The notes: generated from the sequence alone by a model not told the origin. A stretch of DNA of 64,000 bases from an uncultured Gemmatimonadales bacterium (GCA_963740595.1 CAVUEU010000004.1:201777-265776), one strand, 5' to 3'; numbered from the stretch's first letter, positions 37,525-47,831 are shown. Numbers and translations are program-made.

Positions 37525-39657
37525 CTACCTGGAGACGCGCTCCTTCCATAGCGTCCACATGCCCTCGGCGTACGCCACGAGGCGCGGCGGCCGTCCGCCC
37601 TCCCGGAGCACCACCGCCGGCTCGCGGTCGGCCAGCGCTTCGACCAGACGCGCGTTGCGCTCCGGGCCCAGGTCCCGCACGAACATGGCGCCCGCTCCCC
37701 CCAGACCCGGCAGGTCCCCCTGCCAGAGGAGCGGGGGGAGGGCAACGACGCCGGGCCAGTCCGAGGCCGCCTCCCGCTCGCAACGGGGGGTGAGGGGTTC
37801 GCCGGTGAAGGTGCGGATGGCCGCGCCGGAGGTCATCGTCACCATGCGTAGCGACGGTCCTTGCCCCGTGCCGTCGAAGTCGAGCGCCGCGGGCGAAGCG
37901 CTCCCGCCGCCGGGAACGTCGGTTCGGGGGCGAGCGGCGTCCTCCCGGGCGCCCACCCATTCCTCCACGGTGCACGTGGAGTTGTGGTTGAGCGCTGCCC
38001 GGATGGAGTCGAGGCGCACGCCGAGGGCGGCCATGCGCGCCCCCAGCCGGCTCTCCCAGTCGTCGTGCACGAACACCAGCGTGGGGCGCGCGACCGCGGG
38101 CGGGTCGACGATGGATGCGCTCCGGCGGCCGCTGGCTCCGTAGCTGGCCACCTTCGACGGGCCGGCCACGGCCTCCCCCAGCACGAGGGCGAGGACCAGC
38201 GTGGCCGCCACCCCCGGTCGGGTGAAAGGCCCCCGGCCCTCGCGCCGCTCGCCACGCCCTTCCGGGAGATCCCCCAGCAGCGCCGAGCACGCGGCTGCGA
38301 CGAGCAGGCACCAACCCGGGGCCGCCTCGTAGAGGAGGCGCGGTCCCATGAAGAGGTCGTGATGCCAGTACAACGTGTTGGCCGCGATGGGAAGGAGCGC
38401 CCACGCACCCGCCAGCGCCTCCCCCCGCCCGAGCCGTCCGCTCCGCGTCAGCCAGGCCCCCACGAGAAGCACCGCCGGCAGGGGCGTCTGGAGGAGGTCG
38501 AGGCTCAGCCCCAGGAGGTCCGCCGACGTGAAGCCCGCCGCCTCCGCCAGGCCGTAGCGGCTCCCCCAGGGATCGGCGTGGAAGCCCAGCCCCTGGGCCG
38601 GCCCCGCCGCCACGAGATACCCGAAGCGGAGGGCGCCGCCGAAGACGTGCGCGTCGTAGAGCAGGGTAGCCACGATCCAAGGCGTGGCCCCGAGGACGGC
38701 GGCGCCCAGGCGCAGGGCCATGGCCCGACCACGGGGGCGCGGTCCCGCCGGGGGGAACGCCCAGACGAGCACGGTGGCGAAGAAGCCCAGCACCACCGCC
38801 ACCAGCGGACGGGTGGCGAAGATCCCCCCCACCGCGGCACCGGAGAGCAGCGCCCACAGCCAGGAGCCCGAGAGGGCGCGCAGGGAGGCGTACACCGCCA
38901 GGGCGACCAGGGCCAGGGCCAGCGCGTGGTTCATGTAGGCGCCGGCGTGGAACGCCAGGAACCAGCTCATGGACATGAGCGCGGCGCCTCCCCGGGCCAC
39001 CCGTGGCCGATCCGGGAGGAGGCGATCCGCGGCAAGGGTCGTGAGCCAGACGGCGGCGCCCAGCAGGACCGGCCCGGCGAGCCACGCGGCGCCCACGTGC
39101 CCGAAGAGCGCCAGCAGCGCCGGAAAGCCGGGCGGATACTGGGATGCCCAGGCGTCGGAGGTGGGCACCATGAACTGGAACTGCCAGAACGCCGGGTCGA
39201 TCAGGGCGGGCCCGGCGAGGCGGCCGGACGCCAGATAACGCGCTTGCACGAGCTGCGCCACGCCGTCCAGCAGCACGGGCTGGCGCTGCAGGACGGCCAG
39301 GGAGACCCAGGAGGACAGCCCGGCGGCGATGGCGCCCAGCGCCACGCCCACGCGGGCGGCAGGCGGCCGTACCAGCACGCGGTCGAAAGCGTCCACGAGG
39401 CCCCCCAGGAGCCGCCCCGGGAGGAGCGCGCTCAGGAGGGCGGCCATGAGCACGCCGGCCACCAGCCCGGCCCACTCCGCCGTGAAGTACTGGCGGCCAA
39501 GCCGCAGCATCTGCTCCGCCGCTGGCCCGGTGGCTCGCACCGCCAGGAGCCGGTAGAACGGGAGCAGGGTCAGACCGAGCAGCGCCGCGCCCAGCGCGCG
39601 GCGGGCTGGGCGCAGCGCGCCCCCACCGTCGGTGGCGGAACCGGGCCCCGGAGGCAC
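37525..39657 (-). CDS. polytopic membrane protein, GT-C (ArnT/PMT-like) glycosyltransferase-like, 710 aa
   Basis: There are at least 10 hydrophobic helices over the first ~430 aa, then a ~250-aa soluble C-terminal domain. This architecture resembles ArnT/PMT_2 enzymes, but the family is not verified. The start is uncertain. Confidence 0.6.
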   Translation of the reverse strand: MPPGPGSATDGGGALRPARRALGAALLGLTLLPFYRLLAVRATGPAAEQMLRLGRQYFTAEWAGLVAGVLMAALLSALLPGRLLGGLVDAFDRVLVRPPAARVGVALGAIAAGLSSWVSLAVLQRQPVLLDGVAQLVQARYLASGRLAGPALIDPAFWQFQFMVPTSDAWASQYPPGFPALLALFGHVGAAWLAGPVLLGAAVWLTTLAADRLLPDRPRVARGGAALMSMSWFLAFHAGAYMNHALALALVALAVYASLRALSGSWLWALLSGAAVGGIFATRPLVAVVLGFFATVLVWAFPPAGPRPRGRAMALRLGAAVLGATPWIVATLLYDAHVFGGALRFGYLVAAGPAQGLGFHADPWGSRYGLAEAAGFTSADLLGLSLDLLQTPLPAVLLVGAWLTRSGRLGRGEALAGAWALLPIAANTLYWHHDLFMGPRLLYEAAPGWCLLVAAACSALLGDLPEGRGERREGRGPFTRPGVAATLVLALVLGEAVAGPSKVASYGASGRRSASIVDPPAVARPTLVFVHDDWESRLGARMAALGVRLDSIRAALNHNSTCTVEEWVGAREDAARPRTDVPGGGSASPAALDFDGTGQGPSLRMVTMTSGAAIRTFTGEPLTPRCEREAASDWPGVVALPPLLWQGDLPGLGGAGAMFVRDLGPERNARLVEALADREPAVVLREGGRPPRLVAYAEGMWTLWKERVSR

Positions 39658-39698
39658 CGCCGCGGGCGCGGTCGGGCGCCGGCGGGTCGCCCGCGCGC

Positions 39699-40502
39699 TC
39701 AGGCGGCCGGTCGGCTGCGGAGGAAGCAGCGCGCCGTCGTCTCCGGGGCGCCTCGCTTCGTCCTGATCTCGATCACGCCCGCCTCGCCACGGGCGCCGTA
39801 GACCGCCGTCGCCGCGGACCCCTTCAGGAGCTGGATGCTCTCCACGTCACGGGGATCGAGGTCGTCCAGCCCGCCGCCTGTCACGAGGCCGTCGATCGCC
39901 AACAGTGGATCCTGTCGACCGGAGATGCTGCTGGGACCTCGCATGACGATGGACAGGCGCTCGCCCGGCATCCCGCTCCCCTGCACCACCCGAACCCCCG
40001 GGAACTCCGAGCGGATGAGGTCGGCGATGGTCTTTCCGGGAGCGGCGTCGAGGTCCTTCCGCTCCAGACGGTTCACCGTGTAGGGGAGCTGCGACCCGAT
40101 GATCGACGCCCCCGTCCCGGGATCCACGACGGCCCTCGGCTCCCGCTCCCCGGTGACCGCCGGTCCGTCGAGCACGAGGTCGTAGGTGATCGAGCCCGAG
40201 GGAACGAGCACGGTCCACGTGGCGGTGCGGCACCCCACCATCTCGGCGCGCAGCTCGTGTGCGCCCGGCGGCAGCGACAGCTCGTACCTCCCCTCACCGT
40301 CGGTCATGCTCTCCTGGTTCAGCGACGGGACCCGGATGCGAACACCCGGCACGCCGTCGCCCCGGCCCGCCAGCGTCACCGTTCCGGTGAGGATGCCGGG
40401 TTGCGACGTAGCCGGCTGCCCGGCGAGGCGAGGCGTCGTCGCGAGGCTGGAGGCGACGGAGAGGGCTACCGCGAACGAGCGGAAGCGACCGAGACGGTCC
40501 AT
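39699..40502 (-). CDS. stand-alone CarboxypepD_reg + TonB-dependent-receptor plug protein (no beta-barrel), 267 aa; possibly a truncated SusC paralogue
   Basis: It has a signal peptide. GILTGTVTLAGRGDGVPGVRIRVP...TDGEGRYELSLPPGAHEL is followed by a plug (GKTIADLIRSEFPGVRVVQGSGMPGERLSIVMRGPSSISGRQDPLLAIDGLV...IQLLKGSAATAVYGARGEAGVIEIRTKRG). It is collinear with residues ~30-250 of the SusC-like protein at 42272-45475 and ends right after the plug. Confidence 0.65.
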   Translation of the reverse strand: MDRLGRFRSFAVALSVASSLATTPRLAGQPATSQPGILTGTVTLAGRGDGVPGVRIRVPSLNQESMTDGEGRYELSLPPGAHELRAEMVGCRTATWTVLVPSGSITYDLVLDGPAVTGEREPRAVVDPGTGASIIGSQLPYTVNRLERKDLDAAPGKTIADLIRSEFPGVRVVQGSGMPGERLSIVMRGPSSISGRQDPLLAIDGLVTGGGLDDLDPRDVESIQLLKGSAATAVYGARGEAGVIEIRTKRGAPETTARCFLRSRPAA

Positions 40503-40661
40503 GGGCGAACCTCCGGCCGGAAAGGGAGGGGATCCTGCCGACACCCACCTCCATTCTAGGAAGGCAGCGCCGGAAACGCGAAGGGGGGCGCGGGAGCGCC
40601 CCCCTTCTTCCTCGTGATTCCTCGCCGCCTGCCCCCATCTCGGGGCCGGGGCGGCCGGCCG

Positions 40662-42230
40662 TCAGGACGCGGCGCCGTCGCCGCCGGCGCCGCCGAACGT
40701 GTATGCGGCCAGCCCCAGCAGGTCGAGGTCCACCTGGGGCAACGGGCACTGCACCGCCCGGCCGCTGCGCAACGTGCCGAAGCCACGGTGGTCGTACCAG
40801 GAGCTCCCCGCGTACTGGAACGCTGTCTCGATCTGCTTCTCGTAGATGAGCGTCTGCATCAGGTCGGCGCAGGCGTCCTCCGCCCGCGACGAGCCCGCCG
40901 CCTTGTGCAGCAGCCCCGCGGCACGCGGTGTACACCGCGCTCCCGCCACGCCGTCCACGGTGGCCTCCGGCAGATTGCCGTTGGTCACGCGCGGGCCGTT
41001 GATGTAGGGGAGGGCGTTCGCCGGCTGGCCCATGCGGATGTACGCCTCCGCGGCGAGATAGCCGATCTCCTTGACCGTCAGGTCCGGTGCGAACCCGAAG
41101 CCGGTCTGCGCGATATCGTAGTACCACCACGGCGCGTAGTTCGACTGGTAGTAGGTACCGCGGTCGGCCGGCTGGATGAGGCTGTTCCGGTAGTGGACGT
41201 ACAGCCCCGGGGACGTGGGGCCGCCGTCGCCCACGATGCGCCGGTCATCGGTGTCGATGGTGAACGGCAGCTTCGCGTCCGGGGCCGTCGCCTCGTAGGC
41301 GGAGTAGCTCCCCGACTGGTCAGCCGGCCCCAGCAGGGCCAGGTCCGCGTCGCTGCCCACCCCCATGAACGCCTTCAGCACCACCAGGTTGCCCCAGTTC
41401 CCGGAGGGGCCGTCCAGGTTGACGCCGAAGTCCGCGGTCACGCCGTTCTGCGCGTGGTCGAGGATGGCCGCCCAGTTCGCGTTCCCCCGCTCCTCGGGCG
41501 TGCGCGCCACCTCCGCCATGAAGCGCGCCTGGTAGGAGTGCGTCAGGCGGATGAACTCGTCGTTCGAGCGGCCGTCCGGACCCATCCACCCGCCCGGGAT
41601 GCTGAAGTGGTTCTGCTCCGCCAGCTGACGCGCGTCGTCCAGCTTCGACAGCGCCGCGGCCATCACCTCGGTATAGGGCGAGAGATCCATGTGCAGCGGA
41701 TCGTCCACCGTCTCGTCGAGGATGAAGCCGCGGTCGTACTGCAGCGCGATATTCCCCAGGAAGAGCCCCTGCATGAACTTCGCGAACGCGATGGCCCGCG
41801 GGTTGTCCGCTCCGTCGGCTCCGATCTTCAGGTCGAGATCCGCGATGGACTGCAGGCCGTCCCGGATGGAGGCCAGCGCCCGGTTCGCGAGCAGCCATGG
41901 GTCGTAGACCCAGTAGCCCCACTGGTAGGCTGTCTCGTTCACGATGGCGCGCGCGGGCTCGAAGCCCTGGTCCTGGAAACCGTAGTTCGCCTGGGACCCG
42001 GTGATCTCGTCCGCCATCGAGGCCATGGCGGGCCCGGGGCCGCGCCCCTGCTCGAGGTTCCACCAGGTGCGGAAGCTCCCGGAGATCAGGGACTCGACGT
42101 CGCCGGCCGTGGCGAGCGCCCGGCTCCTGTCCGGCTCGTCGACGTTCGTCACACCGAGGTCGATACATGCGGCGGTTCCGGCGAGCGCGGCCGCCACTGT
42201 CGCCGTGCCGATCTTTTGCCAAATGGACAT
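40662..42230 (-). CDS. RagB/SusD-family outer-membrane lipoprotein
   Basis: ATG 42230. Lipobox AALAGTAA|C. It is ~522 aa with helical composition, and it lies 41 nt downstream of a SusC-type receptor. Confidence 0.75.
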   Translation of the reverse strand: MSIWQKIGTATVAAALAGTAACIDLGVTNVDEPDRSRALATAGDVESLISGSFRTWWNLEQGRGPGPAMASMADEITGSQANYGFQDQGFEPARAIVNETAYQWGYWVYDPWLLANRALASIRDGLQSIADLDLKIGADGADNPRAIAFAKFMQGLFLGNIALQYDRGFILDETVDDPLHMDLSPYTEVMAAALSKLDDARQLAEQNHFSIPGGWMGPDGRSNDEFIRLTHSYQARFMAEVARTPEERGNANWAAILDHAQNGVTADFGVNLDGPSGNWGNLVVLKAFMGVGSDADLALLGPADQSGSYSAYEATAPDAKLPFTIDTDDRRIVGDGGPTSPGLYVHYRNSLIQPADRGTYYQSNYAPWWYYDIAQTGFGFAPDLTVKEIGYLAAEAYIRMGQPANALPYINGPRVTNGNLPEATVDGVAGARCTPRAAGLLHKAAGSSRAEDACADLMQTLIYEKQIETAFQYAGSSWYDHRGFGTLRSGRAVQCPLPQVDLDLLGLAAYTFGGAGGDGAAS

Positions 42231-42271
42231 GGTCAAGATCCTCACCTTGTCGTGTCGGGTTCCGTGCTCCA

Positions 42272-45200
42272 CTAGAAGACCAGCTCGACGCTGATGCCGA
42301 TGCTGCGGAAGTTCGGATAGAAGTACTCGTCGATCCGACCCACCGCCGCCGAGCCGCCGAAGGTGTTGCTGCCCACCTCCGGATCGAACCCGCGGTACTT
42401 CGTCCACGTCTTCAGATTGCGTCCGGTGAGATTGAGCGTGGCCTGTGAGATGCCGCTCCGCTGCATCGCGGCCGGCAGGCGATCGCCCTGCACCGTGTAG
42501 CGCACCGACACCTCACGCAGCTTCACGTAGTCCGCGTCCTCGGTGAAGGCGCTGTTGTTCTTGTTGTTCTGGTACAGCCCCTGCGCGTTGTAGTACGTGA
42601 TGGGCTTCTGCAGCTCATCGGGCTTGCCGAACTGGTCCTCGAGGGGGCAATGGCCGTCGCGGCAGCGCCATTGCATGGTCTGGTTGTAGACCTGCGCGCC
42701 CCACTCACCGTCGAAGAGCAGCGTGGCGCCGAAGTTCTTCCATTCCAGGTTCTGCGAGAAGCTCGCGTTCAGGCTCGGCTGACTGTCGCCGAGCTTTTCG
42801 TCGGGCAGCGCCAGCGTGGAGTTGAGCGCCGAGATCGGGAGCCCCCAGCTGTAGGTGACGCCGTTCACGACGCCCTTGGTGCCCCACAGGCTCTTCGTCT
42901 TGCCCTCCTTCCAGCTGTTGCCGGCGCCCACGTACACCAGGTACCCCTCGTCGTTGACCTGGAACTCGTTGCAGTCCGTGCCGGCGGGCAGATCGGTGCA
43001 CTGCGTGGGATAGCGCCAGCCGTAGTACGAGCCGAGCACCTCACCCTCCCGGATGTAGAGCCCGGCCCGGTAGTCCGAGATCCGGTACGGCGCCACACCC
43101 AGGTGCGAGATGTAGTTCTTGGTGTTGTCCAGGTTGACGCGCGCCGTCCACAGGAGGTTCTGGCGCTCCAGGAGCGACGCCTCGATGGACAGCTCCTTCG
43201 TGGTGGACTTCACCGTGGCGGCGTTCTGCCACTGGCTGACGAAGCCCGCCACCGAGGGGAGTGGTACCAGGAGCAGCTCGTCCTCGATGGTGGTCTTCAC
43301 GTAGTTGGCCGTGACCTGGACGCGGTCCTTGATCACGGCGTCGATGCCGAACTCCTGCTCGGTGGCGAGCTCGGGGCGCAGGTCGTTGTTGCCCAGGGTC
43401 TGCGGCGTGATGGATCCGCCGCTGACCTGATACGTCTGGTACTGCGCGCTGAACGACGGACGACCGCCGGACGTCCCGATGGAATAGCGGGGCTTCAGCT
43501 CGGTGAGCCAGCCCTTCGGGAACCAGTCCTCCTGCGTGATACGCCACGCGCCGCTCATCCTGTAGTACGTCTGCCAGCGCTGGTCCTCGCCGAAGAGCGA
43601 GCTGCCGTCGCGTCGGATCAGCCCGTCCATGATGTAGCGGTTCTTCCAGGTGAACGAGCTGATGGCGAAGAAGCCCTGCGAGCGCACCGGATGATTGTAC
43701 GAGGAGAGGCTGGGCGTCCCGCCGATGAGATCGAGGCGCTCCACGTCCTTCACCGGCAGGTTGCTGCCGCTCACGCTGAAGCCGCTCTCGTCGAGGCGCT
43801 CCACCAGATAGCGCAGCCTGCTGCGCATGACGAGGTTCTCGGCCAGGTTGAACGTCAGCGACGCGGTCAGCGACGCGTTCATCTCGAGTCGCAGGCTGTC
43901 CGCATCGGAGATCGAGCCGGTGCCAGGCGTGTTGAAGGGGCGCTCGAGGCCGGGGGGCTCGTAGGAATGATCGCTCGTGTCGATCCGATCGAAGCTTCCG
44001 TTGCCCTGCAGGGACAGCCAGCCGAATGGCTTCCACGACATGTCGAGGCTTCCCATGCCGCGGGTGCGGGTCTCGTCGTTCGTGGTGTTGACGAGGTCGT
44101 AGAGAGGGTTGCGGGTCACGTTCCCCTGGTAGATCGGCTCGCCGATGGCGCTGATCTTGCCCGTCGCTGGGTCGATGGCCGTCAGGTCCGCCGCAGCGGT
44201 GGTGAAGGTGAGCCCGCGGATGATGCCTCCGCCGCCCTGGGCGAACAGGTCGCGGTCCCGCTTGGAGAAGTACGCCTGCACCTGGACGTCGAAATGGCCG
44301 AACGTCTGGCCGACGTTGATGCGCGCGTTGTACTGGTCCAGCCCCTTGGCCAGCTTCACCGCGCCCTGCTCGCGCGTCTGATCGAGGGACACGCGGTAGT
44401 TCATGTTCCCCTGGTTCCCCGCCACCGCGACGTAGTTGCCGAAGCGGTCACCCGGATTGAAGAACTGCTTCACCGGGTCCCGCACCTCGACGCCCGCCGG
44501 CCACGGGTTCACCATGAAGGTCGTGAACGCGTTGCGGCCGTTCCCGCCGTCGTTCAGCGCCGGCGTGCCCTGGTACGGGAACACGATGGGTTGCCCCTTG
44601 GTGTCTAGGATGGCGGTCTGATCCGCGTTCATCAGCCACTGATGGTGCGTGGCGATCCCGTAGTAGTGCTCGATGGAGTTGTTCTCGTACGTGGATCGGT
44701 AGATGAACTGGGTCTGCCCGCTCCGCAGGTGCGCGCCGGTGCGCGTCGTGATCTGGATGACGCCCGCCTGCGCCCGCGACCCGTAGAGCGCCGCGCCGGC
44801 GGCGCCCTTCACGATCTCGATGGACTGGATGTCCGAGGGATCCACGTCCGAGATGCCGCCGTTGGTGATCACCCCGTCGATCACCACCAGCGGCGACTGG
44901 TTCCCGCTGATGCTCGTGGGGCCGCGAAGCTGGAAGGAAGGCTCCGTCCCCGGCGCCCCCGAACCCTGGACGACCTTCACGCCGGCCACCTGCCCCTGGA
45001 GCATGCCGCCCACGCTGGTCACCGGCGTCTTCGAGATCTGGTCGGCGTCCAGCTTGGCCACCGTGAATGGGACCTCCGCCTTCGGCGTCTCCGCCGCAAC
45101 GCCCGTCACCACGAGCCCTTCCATGGAGATGGCGCGCTCGTCGAGGGCGAAGTCCACGACCACCGTCTGACCGGCCGTCACGTCCACCGTCTTCGTGACG

Positions 45201-45475
45201 GGCCGGAAGCCGATACGCTCGGCGGTGAGCTCGTAGCTGCCGGCGGGCACGGCCGTCAGGAGGAAGCGGCCCTGGTTGTTCGACAGCCCGCCCACGGCGA
45301 TCTCCGGGAAGTGTACCTGAGTCCCCGGGAGCGTTCTCCCATCGCTCGCCGCCGTGACCACGCCAGTCACGACCCCCGTCTGCTGTGCGCCCGCCCCGTC
45401 CGATGCCACGACAGAAGCGAATGCCATCAGGCCGAATAGCCTGCGGGTGCTTCCGAACTTCGTAGGCAGCATCAT
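42272..45475 (-). CDS. SusC/RagA-family TonB-linked outer-membrane receptor (1067 aa)
   Basis: Signal peptide, then a CarboxypepD_reg-like domain (GVVTGVVTAASDGRTLPGTQV...), then a plug (MLQGQVAGVKVVQGSGAPGTEPSFQLRGPTSISGNQSPLVVIDGV...IEIVKGAAGAALYGSRAQAGVIQITTR). A long barrel follows, ending in an aromatic residue (…ISVELVF). Confidence 0.9.
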   Translation of the reverse strand: MMLPTKFGSTRRLFGLMAFASVVASDGAGAQQTGVVTGVVTAASDGRTLPGTQVHFPEIAVGGLSNNQGRFLLTAVPAGSYELTAERIGFRPVTKTVDVTAGQTVVVDFALDERAISMEGLVVTGVAAETPKAEVPFTVAKLDADQISKTPVTSVGGMLQGQVAGVKVVQGSGAPGTEPSFQLRGPTSISGNQSPLVVIDGVITNGGISDVDPSDIQSIEIVKGAAGAALYGSRAQAGVIQITTRTGAHLRSGQTQFIYRSTYENNSIEHYYGIATHHQWLMNADQTAILDTKGQPIVFPYQGTPALNDGGNGRNAFTTFMVNPWPAGVEVRDPVKQFFNPGDRFGNYVAVAGNQGNMNYRVSLDQTREQGAVKLAKGLDQYNARINVGQTFGHFDVQVQAYFSKRDRDLFAQGGGGIIRGLTFTTAAADLTAIDPATGKISAIGEPIYQGNVTRNPLYDLVNTTNDETRTRGMGSLDMSWKPFGWLSLQGNGSFDRIDTSDHSYEPPGLERPFNTPGTGSISDADSLRLEMNASLTASLTFNLAENLVMRSRLRYLVERLDESGFSVSGSNLPVKDVERLDLIGGTPSLSSYNHPVRSQGFFAISSFTWKNRYIMDGLIRRDGSSLFGEDQRWQTYYRMSGAWRITQEDWFPKGWLTELKPRYSIGTSGGRPSFSAQYQTYQVSGGSITPQTLGNNDLRPELATEQEFGIDAVIKDRVQVTANYVKTTIEDELLLVPLPSVAGFVSQWQNAATVKSTTKELSIEASLLERQNLLWTARVNLDNTKNYISHLGVAPYRISDYRAGLYIREGEVLGSYYGWRYPTQCTDLPAGTDCNEFQVNDEGYLVYVGAGNSWKEGKTKSLWGTKGVVNGVTYSWGLPISALNSTLALPDEKLGDSQPSLNASFSQNLEWKNFGATLLFDGEWGAQVYNQTMQWRCRDGHCPLEDQFGKPDELQKPITYYNAQGLYQNNKNNSAFTEDADYVKLREVSVRYTVQGDRLPAAMQRSGISQATLNLTGRNLKTWTKYRGFDPEVGSNTFGGSAAVGRIDEYFYPNFRSIGISVELVF

Positions 45476-45831
45476 CGCCCCTCCTGTGTGAGGTCCTCCG
45501 GGAACGCCGATCTATCCTGCTGGGACGCGGAGTCCCGATCTGCACACGAAGCGGAGGCCCAACCGCTGGGACGACTGCCCGACATGGCCACGGCTCACGC
45601 GCCGAAACGTGTAGCGCCACAGGGAGGGCGCGGCCGGATGAACGGTTCGGGGGAGCAGCACCCGCGAGACGGCCGACCGTCTCACGGATCGAAACGGCAG
45701 AGTGTGCTTGGCCCGCGGGAATGTCAAGAAATCGGTGACCATGGGCCCTGCACGTGTCGTCCCGAGGCTCATTGACAGCAGCGTGCGGGGGCGGCTACAT
45801 GGGCTCGAGACCCCACGCGAAGGAGCGTCCC

Positions 45832-46653
45832 ATGAGCGTCGGCCGGCGGCTCAGCGCGGTGGCGCGGGAGCCGACCCTGCACTTCGTCCTGCTGGCGGGC
45901 GTGCTGTTCGCGCTGAGTGCCGCGGTGCGGGGGCGCAGCAGGGCCCACGTGATCGAGATCGACCCCGCCGACGTGGCAGCACGCGTGGCGCGTCTCGAGT
46001 CGACCGCGGGCGTGCGCCTGGACGCCCGGCAGCGCCGTCTGGTCGAGGACGACTACATCGACGAGCGCGTGCTGGCGCGGGAGGCGCGGGCCATGGGCCT
46101 CGATGACGACGCCCAGGTGGAGAACCTCCTCGCGCAGAAGATGCTGGACGTGCTGAGTGCGGACGTCATCCAGCCGACGGACGCGGAGCTCTCTGCGTAC
46201 TACGCCGCCCACCAGGGGCGGTACGCGTCACCGGCGCGCGCCACCCTCGAGGAGATCGTGGTGCCCGGCGAGGCGCCGCTCCCGCCCGAGTTGCGGGCCC
46301 AGCTCGGGAACCGTGTTCCCGCGGCGGAGCTGACGGGGGTGGAGTTGGCCCACGACGTCCTCGCGGAGGTCACACGCACCGATCTCGCGCGGGCGTTCGG
46401 GGACTCCACCGCGGAGCGCGTCTTCGCGGAGCCCCCGGGAACGTGGGTGGGTCCGCGTCCCTCGGTGCGGGGCCGCCACTGGCTCCGGGTCCGGGAGATG
46501 GAGGCGGCCACGTCGCTCCCCCTCGACTCCCTGCGCGATCAGGTGCGCCGGGACTGGCTGGTCGACGAGGAGCAGGCGAGGTTGCACCGACGGGTACGGG
46601 AGCTCCGTGAGCGGTACGCCATCGTCTTCCTGGACGGCACGGGGGCCCGGTGA
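45832..46653 (+). CDS. membrane-anchored PpiC/SurA-like peptidyl-prolyl isomerase-domain protein
   Basis: AAGGAG RBS then ATG 45832. It has an N-terminal TM (LHFVLLAGVLFALSAAV) and SurA-N-like helices (…YIDERVLAREARAMGLDDD…AELSAYYAAHQGRYASPARATLEEIVV). Its stop overlaps the next start (GTGA). Family call is tentative. Confidence 0.55.
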   Translation: MSVGRRLSAVAREPTLHFVLLAGVLFALSAAVRGRSRAHVIEIDPADVAARVARLESTAGVRLDARQRRLVEDDYIDERVLAREARAMGLDDDAQVENLLAQKMLDVLSADVIQPTDAELSAYYAAHQGRYASPARATLEEIVVPGEAPLPPELRAQLGNRVPAAELTGVELAHDVLAEVTRTDLARAFGDSTAERVFAEPPGTWVGPRPSVRGRHWLRVREMEAATSLPLDSLRDQVRRDWLVDEEQARLHRRVRELRERYAIVFLDGTGAR

Positions 46654-47813
46654 CGACGCCTCGTGGCGATGGGCCCGAGTGGGCCAGTGGGCGCGCGCGA
46701 TGGGTCCGCATGGCGCTCGTGGGCCTTGCGGCCGGCGTCCTCGCGCAGGGAGCGCTCCTCCTGCGCCCTCGGCGGGCGGAGGCGCACGACGTGGCGCTCA
46801 CGTCCATCGCCCGCCTCTTCCTGGACCAGCTCGCGGAGCATCGCTACCTGCTCTCCGTCCTGGACACCAACGTGCCGTCCATCGCCGCCGGCGGTATCGT
46901 GCTGCCCCGAGGCTGCGATGCGGAGGGAGCCGGGGACGGCGGCAGCGACGCGAAGGACGGGACGCGAGCGGGAGAGGGGGCCGGTGCACGGGGCGCGCGC
47001 TCCCCGGCACCCGCCCCGGTCACGGCGCGACCGGGCTCCACGGTCGCGTTCGACTGCGATCGTCCCCTGGCCTTCGACGACCTGATCACGCTGCGCTGGC
47101 CTCTCTCCGGGGTCGTGGTGGTGGCCCGGTGGGGCGACGGCTCCGGCGGCTCGGCGTACTTCCGCGGTAACGGGCGCACCATCCCGGTGCGCCTCGCGGA
47201 CCTGCGGGCGGGGGCGGGCTCGGTCCGCAGGCTCGCAGCGCGCTACTTCGTGCTCGGCTGCGAGCACATCCTCTTCGGCGTCGATCACCTTCTGTTCGTG
47301 ACCGGGCTCCTCCTGCTCGTGCACAGCCTGGGCGAGCTGGTGCGCACCGTCACGGCGTTCACCGTCGCCCACAGCATCACCCTGGCCGCGGCCGTCTTCG
47401 GCTGGATCCCCGTCGACCGCGCCCCCGTCGAGGCGGCCATCGCGCTGTCCATCGTGCTCCTGGCCAGGGAGATCGTCATGGGCCACCGAGGTCGGGTGCA
47501 CCTCGTGCACCGGTGGCCGTGGCTCGTCGCCTTCATGTTCGGACTCCTGCACGGCCTCGGCTTCGCGGGCGCCCTCGGCGCCATCGGCCTCCGCGCCAAC
47601 GACATCCCCCTGGCGCTGCTGTTCTTCAACCTCGGCGTCGAGACCGGACAGCTCTCCTTCGTCTCGGTGCTGGTGGCCGCCGGGTACGTGGCGAAGCGGC
47701 GGCCGGGGCGCGCCGCGGCGGTCACCCGTCTCCAGCCGGCATTGGGATACGTGCTGGGCACGCTGTCGATGGTGTGGCTCTTCCAGCGCCTGCCCGCGGT
47801 CTTCGGAGGGTGA
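46650..47813 (+). CDS. HupE/UreJ-family membrane protein, long form with N-terminal extracytoplasmic domain
   Basis: GTG 46650 overlaps TGA 46651-46653. The C-terminal half FVLGCEHILFGVDHLLFVTGLLLLV...TAFTVAHSITLAAAV...FGLLHGLGFAGAL...FNLGVETGQL is a classic HupE/UreJ core. Confidence 0.8.
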   Translation: MTTPRGDGPEWASGRARWVRMALVGLAAGVLAQGALLLRPRRAEAHDVALTSIARLFLDQLAEHRYLLSVLDTNVPSIAAGGIVLPRGCDAEGAGDGGSDAKDGTRAGEGAGARGARSPAPAPVTARPGSTVAFDCDRPLAFDDLITLRWPLSGVVVVARWGDGSGGSAYFRGNGRTIPVRLADLRAGAGSVRRLAARYFVLGCEHILFGVDHLLFVTGLLLLVHSLGELVRTVTAFTVAHSITLAAAVFGWIPVDRAPVEAAIALSIVLLAREIVMGHRGRVHLVHRWPWLVAFMFGLLHGLGFAGALGAIGLRANDIPLALLFFNLGVETGQLSFVSVLVAAGYVAKRRPGRAAAVTRLQPALGYVLGTLSMVWLFQRLPAVFGG

Positions 47814-47831
47814 TCTGCGGGTTGAATCTCG
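47813..47831 (+). repeat. 19-nt direct repeat copy 1 (ATCTGcgGGTTGAATCTCG)
   Basis: It matches 56521-56539 (ATCTGaaGGTTGAATCTCG) at 17 of 19 positions, including an identical AT-rich 12-mer. That is unexpected in this GC-rich window. Confidence 0.8.

Noticed and set aside
45772-45801. Candidate promoter TTGACA-18 nt-TACATG upstream of the PPIase/HupE operon.
   Set aside because: Only the -35 hexamer is convincing, the -10 is weak, and I have no knowledge of promoter consensus in this lineage. The support is too weak to list as a feature.
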